Below, piece by piece: positions 24,801-36,794 of a stretch of DNA of 64,000 bases. Under the pieces are notes generated by a model that saw only the letters and a list, made by a program, of their open reading frames with translations, did not search any database and was not told the origin of the DNA. The translations under genes and the position numbers were made by a program. Every line of letters starts with the position of its first letter. Position 1 is the stretch's first letter. The stretch lies in the NCBI RefSeq assembly GCF_003704095.1, contig NW_020845282.1, positions 124,001-188,000 of the forward strand. The letters run 5' to 3'. Origin of the DNA: Pocillopora damicornis (taxonomy: Eukaryota).

Positions 24801-27800
24801 AGCAGAGCGACACGAAATTGCTGAGACTGGAACGGAAGTGATTCTGTGCACGTGCATCGAGGGTGGGAGTTCACGTGTGAAACGTCACGCAGGTGTCAGT
24901 CAGGTCATCATAGACGAGGCTAGCATGTGCCTTGAGCCAGAAAGCCTAGTAACCCTAAGTTCGGCCGGTCAGCGGCTCAGGCAAGTGGTGTTGCTTGGAG
25001 ACCACAAGCAGTTGGGTGCTGTGATAATGAGTTCTGTCCCGCGTAAGCTTGGTCTGGGGCGTTCTTTGTTTGACGTACTTTTTAACGTCCCTAATGCAAG
25101 CCAAAGTTTCTCGTCGTGCAAGTTACAGACACAGTATAGAATGGTGAGTTTCATAGCTCTTGTTGCTTACAGTTTACCACACTGAAAGCATTTATGTAGT
25201 CGTTCAGAAAGACGGATTTCTGCACTGCCCCATGTTATTTCTAAAACAAAGCCTCGGTTCCAAAAGTAACCAATTGTTTTCGCCATTGTTCCCTTTTATC
25301 AAAGATCTGTATATGCTTCATGAAATATAAAGTTACGCTGAGATGTTGTCGTCACTTTAATATCGTATCATGTTCATTACTCCTTCACAAACTCACCTAT
25401 GTTTTAGAAAATAGGGTAGTTGTCTTTATGAAATGCAGTATTTTATATTTCGTAATTACTCAACCTTTTCAATTTTCTTCTGATGTGCAAATATAAGTTT
25501 GTTTGAACATGTCCTGCCTGGGTCAGCTCAGACTGCTTGCAGGTCCATACTATTCCTAGACTACGAGTAATCCCTCCTTTTCGCTTTAGTCCGTCGCGTG
25601 TGTTAGTGCGCCGTATAAGTCCGATGTAGAGCTCTGGGAATGGGGCGTGGGGCGTGGGGCGTGGGGCGTGGGGCGTGGGGCGTGGGGCGAACGAAAAGTG
25701 CTTGTCGTGCCGGAGCTGCGCGCAGCGCGCTAACATTAATTATTTAATCGCTAATATTCTCTTTTTTTGATAAGCGCGACGGACTTTGCCGAAATGTGGG
25801 ACTGAACACAATTTTTTTTAACCAAGTGTATTAGTTACGGTTAAAAGGGTGCAGTCATCACTGAATGCCTGTATTTCAATGAATGGCCGGTATATTTACA
25901 AGTAGGCCGTTTATATCTTTTTTCTTTCTTTCATCAGCATCCGAGTATTAGGGAGTTTCCGTCAAAACATTTTTATGAAGATCTCCTGAAAGATTCTTCA
26001 CATCTAACCACTCCAGAACATGTTTCAAACGGACTGGTGCCAAACTTTTGGCCAGGGGGACCAAATGTCCGCGTCGTATTTTGTCATGTTATGGGAACTG
26101 AAGAGAGTCCCCAGGACTACACAGGTCCTGAAGGCCGTGAGGAGTCTAAGCGCAACCCGCAAGAGGTGAACGTTGTGGTAAGTGTTGTTAGTAAGCGTGT
26201 GAAGTACACAATGTGAGCTCAAGTATGTCTATCGTAAGATAGTTGTTTTGGTATACACTGAAACAGTGAGTTAGTGTAGCACAAAAAGATAATTTTAACT
26301 CATTTTTTCCTGCAACGTTTATAATATTTTCGCGCACAAATATCGCGCGCGTTGCTGGAAGGTAATTAACAAATGAAATTCGGAGCTTGAGTAGCCAATC
26401 AGAGTGCGCCTTTAACGATATCCATTGTTTTATTATATACTAAAGTAGTACTAGTAGCTGATAGTCTCCGGAGAATATTTCTATTCAACAAATAGATTCT
26501 CTGCTGCCTGCCTTGTTGAACAAGTACATTCCATGTCGCCGTGAGTCTGTTCAGTATTAGAACACAGATAACGTCAACATTTGCTAAGAACAGAAAAGGA
26601 GTACGCGAGGTGCGGTCGAGTGTGTTACTGATGTTCTTACCAAAATTTGACTTTTCCTGTGACCTAGTACTGTAGAGACCCACGGTTACATGGAATCTAT
26701 ACGTTGTCAATAGTGACGTCATCTGTGCGTCTGTCTTAGCTCATGAGTAAAGAACCAATCAAAACGCGTGTATAATTTTACTTATCATATAATGAAAGAT
26801 ATAGAGAAAGATTTTTTTCGTCTTGTCACGAGCGTGGGACAAAGAAAAAATTCTGAGTCCCCATAAGGAATCGAATCTCAGACCTTCGGATTCCGCGCTC
26901 CAATACTCTATTATTGAGCCACAGAGAGTACGGTGAGCGAGGTCTATTACGAAGTTCAAATGACATGCGCCCTGCATACTGCTAGGATTAGCAATGTCGA
27001 TAGCGTCATGTTTATGAAGAGAATAAGTTTTGAGCTCGTTAATGTAGGATAGTTGGCCTCAAGGAGACTTTCTGAGGGTGGAAAAATTGAAAACAAAGTA
27101 CAAATGACTAACTTGACATGGCACCTGTAACCTTTTCTTTATTAATGATTTTCTTCTGTAGCTACGAGTTCTCAAGTACCTGATGTCCCACGGAATAAAA
27201 TCTTCTCGGATATCTGTCATTACACCATATTCTGCGCAGAGAGCCAAAATATCCCGAGAGTTACAGAGCTCCTTTAACTCGTGTGACTCAGAGGTCCTCT
27301 CTGTCTTCGCCAGCCAAGGTATGTGTATGTTTGTGGAAATTTTCTACTTAGTGTCCAAGGTTAACTGGATTGCGTTGTTTTTGCTTTCCTTGTTCTATGA
27401 TTGACCCGCATCTCCCTCTCACATGGGCAGATGTTATTAGTTTTGCATTTCCTTCTCTGTCATCGGTCAAAACAACGATCCTCAGAAAGGGGCCGAAATC
27501 GAGTCTTGCAGTCCTAGGGTTATTTCTCTTAACCCTTTACACCCTAACATCAGTGTTCATTTCTCCATACTGTTCTTTGTACATTTACTAAGGTGCTGAC
27601 AAGGAGAATTTCTTTAATAATCAAGAGTTTCTTAAGTTGATGGTCATTTCCTTAATTCTCATGTCATTAATCTGTGATTCAGTGGTGACATTGTAAGGAG
27701 AAATTAGATGCTAATCACTCTTAGTTGTTAAAGGGTTAATTAACCAGTAAGGGGGTGGTTTCGACTGGATCTTAACACATTTATGTTGTCTCTCTCTCTA

Positions 27801-28580
27801 GGTGCTGAGAAAGACTTTGTGGTTTTGTCTACCGTGCGAAGTCTGCCAGTAGAAAAGATCACAGGCAGCTCTGATAATCAACAATGGTTAGCGAATCACT
27901 TAGGTTTTCTTATTGATGAGCGGCAAATGAACGTTGCTCTTACTCGTGCAAAGCATGGTCTAGTAATTATTGGTGAGTATTGGTCTATCTTCATGATGCG
28001 AATGTTCAATCCAAGTGTAACAATGGTCTAACCTTGTTCCCAAGCTCTCTCCTCCCGCCTTCTCGCTACTGGGACTGGGGAAAAAGAGGGAGTCTGGGAG
28101 CGAGGTTGAAAAACTTCAATTTAATGTTTGTAAGATCAAATACCGCTGGCTTAGCGTGGTTATGGGACCCTAACTAATTGAAGTATGTGTGTTTTCACGT
28201 GAAAATTGCTACGTTTCTCAGCCCAGTTAGCAGTAAGTTGATGTCACGTAAGGCTCAAACACCCTAACGTGTAACGACCATAAAGGACCATGCAATGGAT
28301 GGTGGTTATTGGAAACTCGCCAATTGTTGGCACATGGGTTGTCTTTTTATGAGGAGGTTAGGTTTAAGGCTAAGAGGCGCATATTTAACTTTTTACAAAT
28401 CGTGGCCACTATATAATGTTTTTTCTTTAAATTGGGAATTAAACGTCTGCGCGTGTCTTAACAGGTAACCGTCATTTGTTAGCGGTGCACAATATGTGGA
28501 AAAACTTGGTATCTCACTGTCAGAGACTGCATTGCTTGGTGGATGAAAAATCCTGGCAACCTGCCAAGGACACTTCGTGA
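12832..28580 (+). CDS. HELZ2: HELZ2-like RNA helicase / RNB 3'-5' exoribonuclease (~2,600 aa; Upf1-like SF1 helicase - RNB - SF1 helicase)
   Basis: Phase-consistent exons: 12832-12903 (tentative), 13373-13400 (tentative micro-exon), 13770-13932, 14286-15273 (GPFGTGKT, DEAAQ, GDHLQ), 16019-16420, 16837-16912, 17461-21612 (NTAITRAR; RNB SIDPASCVEVDDA, VEEFML, YTHFTSPIRRY), 22292-22759, 23335-23460 (GPPG|TGKT), 24485-25143 (DEASM, GDHKQL, QYRM), 25938-26177, 27162-27318, 27802-27972 (NVALTRAK), 28465-28580 (TGA). AATAAA at ~28735. Confidence 0.9.
17461..21612 (+). CDS. HELZ2: 4,152-nt exon of the HELZ2-like gene (end of helicase 1, Pro/Gln-rich linker, complete RNB domain)
   Basis: Acceptor cccttacag|G at 17460/17461 and donor GGAA|gtgagt at 21612/21613. 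The frame is open throughout (ORF 17463..21929). Confidence 0.88.
25557..25803. repeat. Small inverted-repeat element containing a (TGGGGCG)x7 microsatellite
   Basis: Arms agtccgtcgcg (~25588) and cgcgacggact (~25775); G-rich heptamer array at 25641-25689. Confidence 0.65.
26810..27030 (-). mobile_element. tRNA-derived SINE
   Basis: Minus strand: ctctgtggctcaataatagag (A box) ... gaaggtctgagattcgattcc (B box). The tRNA-like head is degenerate and followed by a non-tRNA body. Confidence 0.65.
27529..27739. mobile_element. piggyBac-like MITE; same or related families at ~6268-6484, 12427-12628, 13426-13647, 14075-14265, 21925-22122, 38357-38556, 39144-39354, 39815-40003, 40836-40995, 41407-41619, 54941-55150, 57725-57820
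   Basis: TTAA|CCCTTTACACCCTAACATCAG ... TAAAGGG|TTAA with a conserved interior (ctgacaaggagaattt, gattcagggg, aaggagaaattagatgc). Confidence 0.85.
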
Positions 28581-30974
28581 GCGTTGCACCATCGAATAGG
28601 AGAATAGACTTGTGTCACGCAATGTCATGGATTGCGTGACTAGTCGATAAACTACAATAGTTCAGAATTTCTTTCAATAGCTTGGAATATTGGTGGAGTA
28701 TCGTATGACATAAAAAAGATTGAATTTAGTATGGAATAAATTTAGTACAACTGAAGATAGAGGAATTTAACCCAAATGCAAATGGTAAACACGAAAAATT
28801 GGGGAAAGTTTTCGTACAAGTTGTGCAAAAGCGACTCAGCTCACTTTTAAGGGATCAATTTTGATGCTTTATTAATATAGGCTTTTTTTAAAATTCAATT
28901 TGAATTCATGGTTTTTATCATCAATTACAAATCAGAGATCAGTCATTGTTTATCGCCTGAGGGGTTTCGGAGGAGTCTGGTTGTGTCACGATCAAATTTA
29001 CGTGACCCCCTTATAAGGCTCTGTAATATTCTTATGATCCCCTGTCTTGGACAGTTAATTGGCAGTCAATTGTCAATAGTCCCCTCTTTATACTCTTTTG
29101 ACCACGACAGATCCCCTCTCCGTTCTCCTTGAAAACCATGTGATCCCCTGAAATTCCCCCACCCCCCTCCCCCCTCAGGTGATAAAGAATGACCGACCCC
29201 TAGTTCTGTTGGTCTTTTAGGCTTCATGTGGGGTAACTAACATATCTCTGTAAATTCTTACGCTTTTTTTTTTTTTTTTAGCAATTTTAACATATTGAAA
29301 CTCGAACTTAAAAGAGTTCAGTAGTTAGTAGAATTTCATTTTGTGAGAAGATGTTTTATTGCTCATTTTGCATATGTTTTCGAATGGAATTCTTAATTTT
29401 TTATTTGTACATATTACGAAAATTACAACTTAACGTAAGTCATTTCAGCAAATACATGCACAAAAATTGTGCAATTTTGATAAGTTACTCGAAAATATCG
29501 TAATAATGCTAAGTTATCTTTGAAGCTTTCATCAGGAAATGCATACGTGTTATTCAGTCGCAATAAATTTTCTTCTTTTCTAAATACTCTTCCGATTTTC
29601 TTTCTTCCCCCCATCCACCAACCCATCGATAAAAAATTGGGTCCCCTCGAGGTAATTATTTGTTTTCAGTCCCCCTGTTTCCGACTCGTTCTCGAACGAT
29701 GCCGAATTCGGAAGTACTTCGTTAATTTACCGATCCCGGTCGAAGTTGTGTGAATACTTCCGAGACATTTAATCTTTGCAACTAGTGCTCAATCAAACAA
29801 TCCTGGGTTGAATTAATGTCATTTGGCCAGCTTCGCAGAAAAAAAAACGTGATCTGTTAACACCAAGCAACGAAATTGCATCTGGCGGATCTGCCGGTAA
29901 TTTTAAAGAAAATTATTTGTCAAGTTACACCCCGCACGGATGTTTCTTTTTGTGATTAAGCAGTAGGAGACCCCACCTGTGTCCAGATGAATTCACGTGT
30001 TACCAATTGAAAAACAAATGTGCTAAATTTATCTTGTTTACGGCTTTTTGACGTTGAGAGGNNNNNNNNNNGGGGGTCGCTGGATGAGGTCGTTCGAAGG
30101 GACCGCGGATTAGAAAAATAAAAACAACATTTACATTAGAGAGGTACTATGTCTCTCGGTGAGATCAAGAAAAATTACTCTTAAGTTACTCTGAGATAGC
30201 GGGATAGCTTCAAAAGTGGTCATTTTTTATCGAAACAGTCATCAAAGTCATCTTACTCCCCCCAACTTCCCTCGAGTAGGAGGCTTGAAATATGACTACA
30301 CGTGTCTTCTTCTCTCGCGCGTGAATGCACAAAGAATCTTTAAAAAGGGCGGAGTAAAAGGGACTAGAAAGAAAATTAAATAAAAAAAAACAAAACAAAA
30401 CAAAAGCTTAAACACGGAAACTCGATGGGTTATTAGCGCCAATTACCCCCCACTGTTTATGCTCAAGGAAAAAACAAATTTGATTTTTGGCACACCTCGC
30501 CGGTGTTCTTGGAAGGGAGGGGAACTCGTTACTGATAATGTCTACTTAAAGGGAATGATTTAGCGGTAGGGTACCATGAAAATTATCTGTTAGAAAAAAA
30601 AGTTGTGGAAACAGATTTCTGTTTAAGAAGGGAATTGTACTGAATATTTCTTTCTTTCCACCATCAGTCGCAATTTGTGCCAACAAAAATGTGACGAGTG
30701 GCACAACGGAAACAGCAGAGCGGTATTTTTCTTAAGGATGTTTCTCAAAGTAAAAAGTAAAGAAGACAGCAGCCAGCTTTTAGGATCGATAGTCTGAAGA
30801 TGTCTGTTACAACTTTTGAAATGGTTTATTAAGGAAAAAAGATTTGAATGACTTTTCGTCTTAGAGTTGTAAATCATTTTAATATTATTTCTATAAATAA
30901 AATACAGCGGCAGGGGGTTATTTCTGTTTGCGGATTACTGCGGTTTGTAATCACAGCGAAACAAACAACTGGAT

Positions 30975-31223
30975 GACACGTGCCATGCTTCGTGCTGATT
31001 GGTGATGACGTCATGTATTTTTGTACCAGAGTGACACGCTTGTTTTCAAGTATTTACTCAGGCTGGTTTATATATAAGTTATTCCGATGACTGGAATTTG
31101 CAGTTGCCTCGTCCATTGAATCGCTTCTGTCATAATCTTCTTTGTGGCTGTATTCAATTCCTTTAGTCACTGTGATTCAAAGGTTGTAAATAAGTGTGTA
31201 GCTTCGAAGAACTGACTCGAAAG
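30975..31223 (+). promoter_or_regulatory. Probable promoter and non-coding first exon of the Ras-like gene
   Basis: E-box CACGTG 30977-30982, reverse CCAAT ~30998-31002, CRE TGACGTCA 31006-31013, TATA-like tatatataag ~31069-31078, strong donor aaag|gtaagt at 31223/31224. Confidence 0.55.
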
Positions 31224-33257
31224 GTAAGTGAAGTTTCTACACTTCCTTTGGATCTCGTCAAGTTGTTTTTCAAACATGCTAATGAAGGGACTTGTGGGTT
31301 GAAATGCGCACGAAAACTTGTATTTAACATGATTTTCAGTAAATGGAAAAATACAATACAAGTGCTTTAAATTATAAGCTTATCTATTAACTATTATGCG
31401 TTTTAAACCTGCGTTCCTGCGTCGAATTCTTTGATAATATCATATAGCGTTAAGCTTATTTTAATTTTCCTCTGCAATGTCTTTTGTTCCGCTGTACCAA
31501 TTCTTATTATAATAATACCTTTGTAAGATATTTGCCAGCAAGAATATTTTCTCTAAAGCGGTCGATTTAGCAAATACAAACGCCTGCATATCTACCAAAG
31601 TAACTGAATGTTCGATCGCCCGATTAATTCGACTAAAAATACTTCGCTCACACGGTGGTGCTTACATATAAACTTATATATATTTTATCATTAATTTCAC
31701 TTTTTTGAAAGAATTGTTAGGTTGTGAGCACTGCATCGATCGAAGAGTCATTTTGGGGCTGTCAGATTTAACTTTAAACAACAAACGGTTTATAATTGTC
31801 TTTACAGTTGAAGGGCACAAGTCCATGTCACGAATCTTCCATGCATCAACTTGCCCTGAAAGTCTGCGCTTTGTGACAATCACCAGAAAAATATATTTCT
31901 AAACGACATTTCATGTGCTCTTAAGGGATTTTGAGGAGGGTTGCATGTTTGTTTTTCTGACCTGCTTTCGAAACCTATTGCCATAACGTGAAATTCAATA
32001 TGACAACAATGCAATAATAATAATTTCAGGGTGTGTTCGTCTGTGCTATCTTGGTACGAGCAATCAATCAATTACATTATATGGACATAAATTACAAGGT
32101 TAATCGCGCACAAGTAGGGGATGGTGGGTTGAGTTATGGTCATAAAAACAGCTGTTTTCAATGCAAATTTTTTGGAGAAAATTTAAAGTGGCTAGAAAAT
32201 GTTAAAATACTTACAATTATCTGCCAATTTGCCAATTGTTCACATTCAAGAGCTGTATTGGTTATTAAGGATTTAATAACTATTGATCATTTTTCCTTTG
32301 GCTGTTGTTTATGTGACCATTGATTTCTTACTGCAGAACAATTTGCTCAAATTTATTTTGTTTGTTTTAGCAGTTTTGAAATAACTTGTGTTCGAATACA
32401 GTGAAATAAGTTTCTAAAGGTTTAGTGGTAATTAACTGCTCTTAGAGAACTAGATTTTGCACAGTGTCAGTCTTCTCAGTTTAACTTGTACGACAATGAG
32501 CAATGATTATTCTCAGAGTTTTCGTTAGACTTGTGTTCTATTAGTTTCTCTAAATGCAGACATTCTTAAATATTCAACTTTGACCCTCTTTGGATTCGAA
32601 TCTTTGTTTCATTTGAATGTGTTTTGGAGTTTAGCCAGTATTGTGATAATTAACAGAGTGAAATGATAATAAACAAATCAGATTGCCCTTAGGGCAAGCT
32701 ATTACCAAGATTTACTAGCCTGGAGCTGCGGGAAGCTTGCCTAAAATTAAGTCTATCATAAATTTTGATCAAGTGTCCGAGTGTATTGGTAAAAGTAACA
32801 ACATGATTGTGAGTGCAATTTTGTGTTAATAAGCACAAGTAAATTTTTCAAAGACAGCAAAATTGCATAAGCAGAGAGAGGAAAAGGGATTCTGGCTCAT
32901 TTTGAAAACAACCTAGAATTTCAAGTCAACTCATGAATTTTAACCTTGATTTCAAGTCATCCTTGAAATCAACTTTGATTTCAAACAACAGTTTTTGTGC
33001 ATTTTCAAATCAAGGTTGATTTCAAGGCAACTTGAATTTTTCATAGATAAATAATATTGACAATGTCTCACTCATGAATTTTGATGAAGTTGTGAATATT
33101 ATCACCTTGAACAATTCTCTTGTCTTGCCATCAGGGTGTTGATTGTCTGTGTGAAGATTTCATGCCTTTGCTATATCGGACATGAATACACCTGAATTTC
33201 AAAACATCACCTGTGAAATTCAAAGTCTTTGCACATGCAAGCATGCTTCATGGTTTT

Positions 33258-34330
33258 ATTCGACAGGATCAGCATTAATGTAGTATCTTCTTATGAGGAA
33301 GTCGTGGTGTGCCTTTATTTGTTCTTCTGTCATAAGAGTGTCTATGTAAATGAGAGAATTATGACTGTCTGAGTTTAAACCTTCCTGAAAATCATCTCCA
33401 TCTTGTTTTGAAAAATTGCCCCATACATAATTACTTTAGCTAATTCCGCTTGCACTAAAGTTGAGAAGTGTTTTCCCATTACACCAGACAGAACAAGAGC
33501 ATATTATAGCATCGCCATATCCATATTCTAGCAACAGCTGTTAATTTTCCACTTTCCTCCTTGACAAACTACCCTATTACATTTTGCGCCTGTTGGGTTT
33601 GCTTTTCTCTTGAATCCTGCTGAAGGTTTGACATCAATAGAAACATTTAATTTAAAATCTGGTTTTCTTTGTATATTATATAATTTTGTGTTTACTCAAA
33701 CAACAGTGAATGGTTCTTGTGGTCCTGATTTTGGTATTGTTCCATCAACAACAACTTCTCTATCTTTTTCAAGAGAAAGAGAGAAGTTTTGAATGAATCC
33801 ATTTCCAATCAAACAGTTTCTTGTATAGATTGTTGTTCCATTTAAACTTTTCTTATATATATCTTGATAACACTTAAGACATTTAAGAGTTTAAGATTAT
33901 TGATAAAAGGAAGATCAAATGCCTCTTTTCATTGAAAAAGGAGAAGTATCTTCCATGCTTTACTTAAGTTGATATTTTTGGTCTGAGTGAATTTTTTTTG
34001 TATTGCATGGTTGTTCATTCCTGATTGATCGAAAGTAGTAACACTAAAGTTATTTCAACAAAGTAATTCACTGTTTGAGTTGCGGTCTGTGTGGTACCAG
34101 CACATTGCTTTTTCTGTAATGAATGTTTCAATGAAGAGACTTCTGGGAGCATATTTTGACAAAAAAGAGAATTAATGTATTGTTTCTGTTTTTTAATCAA
34201 CATACTAATCTTGGTCACTGTGTCTTGGTGGTCAGTTGGATTGGCAAGATTGATGATCTTTTGATTGTTCATATCTTCATCAGTTTCTTGAATTGATTCC
34301 CAGAATTGCTTGGGTCTATGAAGAAACTCA
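33258..34330 (-). pseudogene. Fibre/spike-like gene remnant of the viral element
   Basis: DMNNQKIINLANPTDHQDTVTK stalk-like motif (~34205-34275) and C-terminal LIYIDTLMTEEQIKAHHDFLIRRYY, resembling LamG/ConA-like domain ends. Many stops and frameshifts. Confidence 0.45.
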
Positions 34331-34352
34331 TTTCTTTCTTGGTGTTTTCAAA

Positions 34353-35332
34353 TTAATAAATTCCTTCAGGAGGTAACTCAGTTCCAGGAGGAACAATCTG
34401 AAGCTCTTCTCTGATGAAACCACACTTTGGTCCATCTTTCAGGTAATAGAGAACAGGCTCATTCTTATTCACCAGTGTTCTATCAATATCATAGACCTTC
34501 AGAGACCAGATTGGATCTGTGGCTCACCTCTGACCACCTTCCAGCTCAGCAGTAGCATAGAGATATGTCACATTCTTTGAGGAGTTGAGTCTCTTTTCCA
34601 TCAAGCCAACAGGCCTTGAAAAAGTCATTGAACTCTTCATTTCAACCACCTTATCCTTGATGGCATCCACAGGTTTATTTCTTGTCAATCTTGTCACCTC
34701 ACAATTCAAAGCTGAAACAACTTCTGGAAGCCTCTTCACTCATTATGTCAATCTATTTCCCTCTTTGAAGTTCATCTCCTGACTGTATTGGAAAGTGAAG
34801 AGACAGTCACTCAAAGTTTAGTTGAATCACTCAATGATTCCCTGATTTCTGTGGATGTTCACATTCCCTCTTCTTATCCTCACATCATGCATTGTGACCT
34901 CACCCATGAATTCATGCCTAGGATCAACCTGAAGAACTTTTGGCCATCTTAGTGGTCCACACCTATAGATTGTCTGAAAAGCTTTGGAGACCTCAGAAGA
35001 ATCCTTTGAGCTGAGAGGTTCTGCAGCCTTGAATCTGCTTGCAACATTAACAACTGTCAATGCGTACTTGTAGACTTTCTGTGACCTTGTGGTCGCTTTG
35101 TCATGAGAAAGAAAAAGATCGGCTTGATGAACTGCATTTGGAGATTCAACATCAAAATTTGGTCTCAGGATATGCTTCAGGGTAAATAAATCTGCCAGGT
35201 GGCTTGGGTCATCAGCCAAAGCTTTGTGTTGTCTTCACATACTCCAGCTTCTTTAGCCAACTTCTTCACAGCAGCCAATCCCTTCCAAATGCATCTAGGG
35301 CTATAGCAGATTCGTGAAAGTTTTCTTTCCAT
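34353..35332 (-). pseudogene. Retroviral-like (rve, DDE) integrase pseudogene
   Basis: MERKLSRICYSP..WKGLAAVKKLAK..HQADL..YKYALTVVNVASRFKAAEPL..LQVDPRHEFMG..QGIIE*FN*TL..WSLKVY..PVLYYLKDGP..FIREELQIVP, with in-frame stops and frameshifts. Confidence 0.88.
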
Positions 35333-35504
35333 TTTATGCACCTTGTTATACAGCTTCAAAGCAAAATATGTGTCCACTAAATTCTGTTTTGCCTGCTCCT
35401 TGACTCAGTCATTAGTTGCAATCCAATTGAGGAGCTTTGGTTGATTTTTTTTATACTTCTCATAGGCCGCTTGGTACTTCTCCACAACAAGATCATGCCT
35501 CATG

Positions 35505-35990
35505 CACGTAATCCTTGAAAATGATCTTGATATCATTGACACATAGTGTGTAAAAGAAAACTAATGGAATGATGTTCTCTCTGACTGCCTTTGCAATGCT
35601 TGTCATCTGTCGTATGAGGTCCCAAACGCTGATTCCCTTATGTCTTGCTCTGAATGCTTAATTCACAAGTTCATTTGTCCTCTGCTTCATATCTCTTGAA
35701 GCTGCACTATCATTGAGAATGATCAGTGTATCTGTTCCCTCATGCTTGTAACTGATAATCTTAAGCCAATCATCAATCTGGTCTTGAAGTAGAAACAAGA
35801 TAAGTAAGTCCTTATCATTTTATCCAAAACTATCATATGTAATGTTGTGGATGAATGTTGGACAGAGGAGAGCAATTTAATCAAACTTTCCTTGGAAGGT
35901 GGTACTCAAAAGATTGACTAGGTATCTTGTCTTTCCTGAATTTGTAGGTTGGGCTATTAATGCATTGAATGGAATATTATCAGGATTCAT
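35505..35990 (-). pseudogene. A32/FtsK-HerA-like DNA packaging ATPase pseudogene
   Basis: MNPDNIPFNALIAQPTNSGKT (Walker A), TLIILND (degenerate Walker B), ARHKGISVW (Arg finger), SIAKAVREN; three in-frame stops. Confidence 0.85.
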
Positions 35991-36794
35991 ATCTTTTACC
36001 ATGACCATGAGCTAAAGTTGATTTCTTATCTTCCCTTGTTATTCTCTTATCATCATCAGTGCTCAAAGCTATCTTGTTAATGGTTGCAGTGAGAGAGAGA
36101 ACCTTAAGTTAACAGACATTTCTACTGGGTAGAAACACTGAGACTTCAGTTTGCACCTGTACTCAATGGAGAGCCTTGACCCTAGATATTTTAAAATGTA
36201 GTATAATTGTTGATTTGAAGTTGTATAATGTGCATGTTACAAACTAGCATAACATAGCAGAGTCAAGTGTCTTTACCCAAAGCTTCACAGGAATTGTAAC
36301 TGTGTTCTGATCCCTCCATCTTGTTCCTCTTTTTAAAGACATATCCTCAAAGACAAGGACTTCTTGAACAGTATAACTATCTGTTTCATATTGGAAAACG
36401 TTCTCAGTGAAACAAAAAATCTCTTACTCTACAAGCACATGGAAAAGCATTGCTTAAAATTCCCAGCATGCTAGATGTAGATGAAAAAATAAAAAATGCA
36501 AAGCGTGACAGATCAAATTGTAAATGTGAAGTGGATCTCAAACCAATGTTTTCCATGTTGTGGCTGCGTACTCCAAATGATATAATTTTTCATTGTAACA
36601 GATATTTACTGTCAGTGTCCAACCAAGCCAAATTTCTGCTCTTCAGAGGCTGAAATTTAGCAGTCCAAATTTTTAATTTTTGAGCTCAGTGAGCCAAGAA
36701 CATTTTCCTGTAATTTATTAACTTTATCAATAACATTCTTTCAGCTGTGGATGGAAAGGAGTCTTAGTCAGGCAATCAAGGGAAGCGTACAGAC

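Larger units (their letters stand above)
32890..36080 (-). mobile_element. Degenerate Polinton/Maverick-adintovirus-like endogenous viral element
   Basis: Co-oriented pseudogenes: A32/FtsK-like ATPase, a short conserved ORF, an rve integrase and a fibre-like ORF. A short-repeat (ttgatttcaa/ttgaaatcaa) region lies at 32895-33040. No PolB or capsid gene is visible. Confidence 0.8.

Noticed and set aside
26860-26930. tRNA gene
   Set aside because: The A box and stems are degenerate and it is embedded in a dispersed repeat body, so it is a SINE head.
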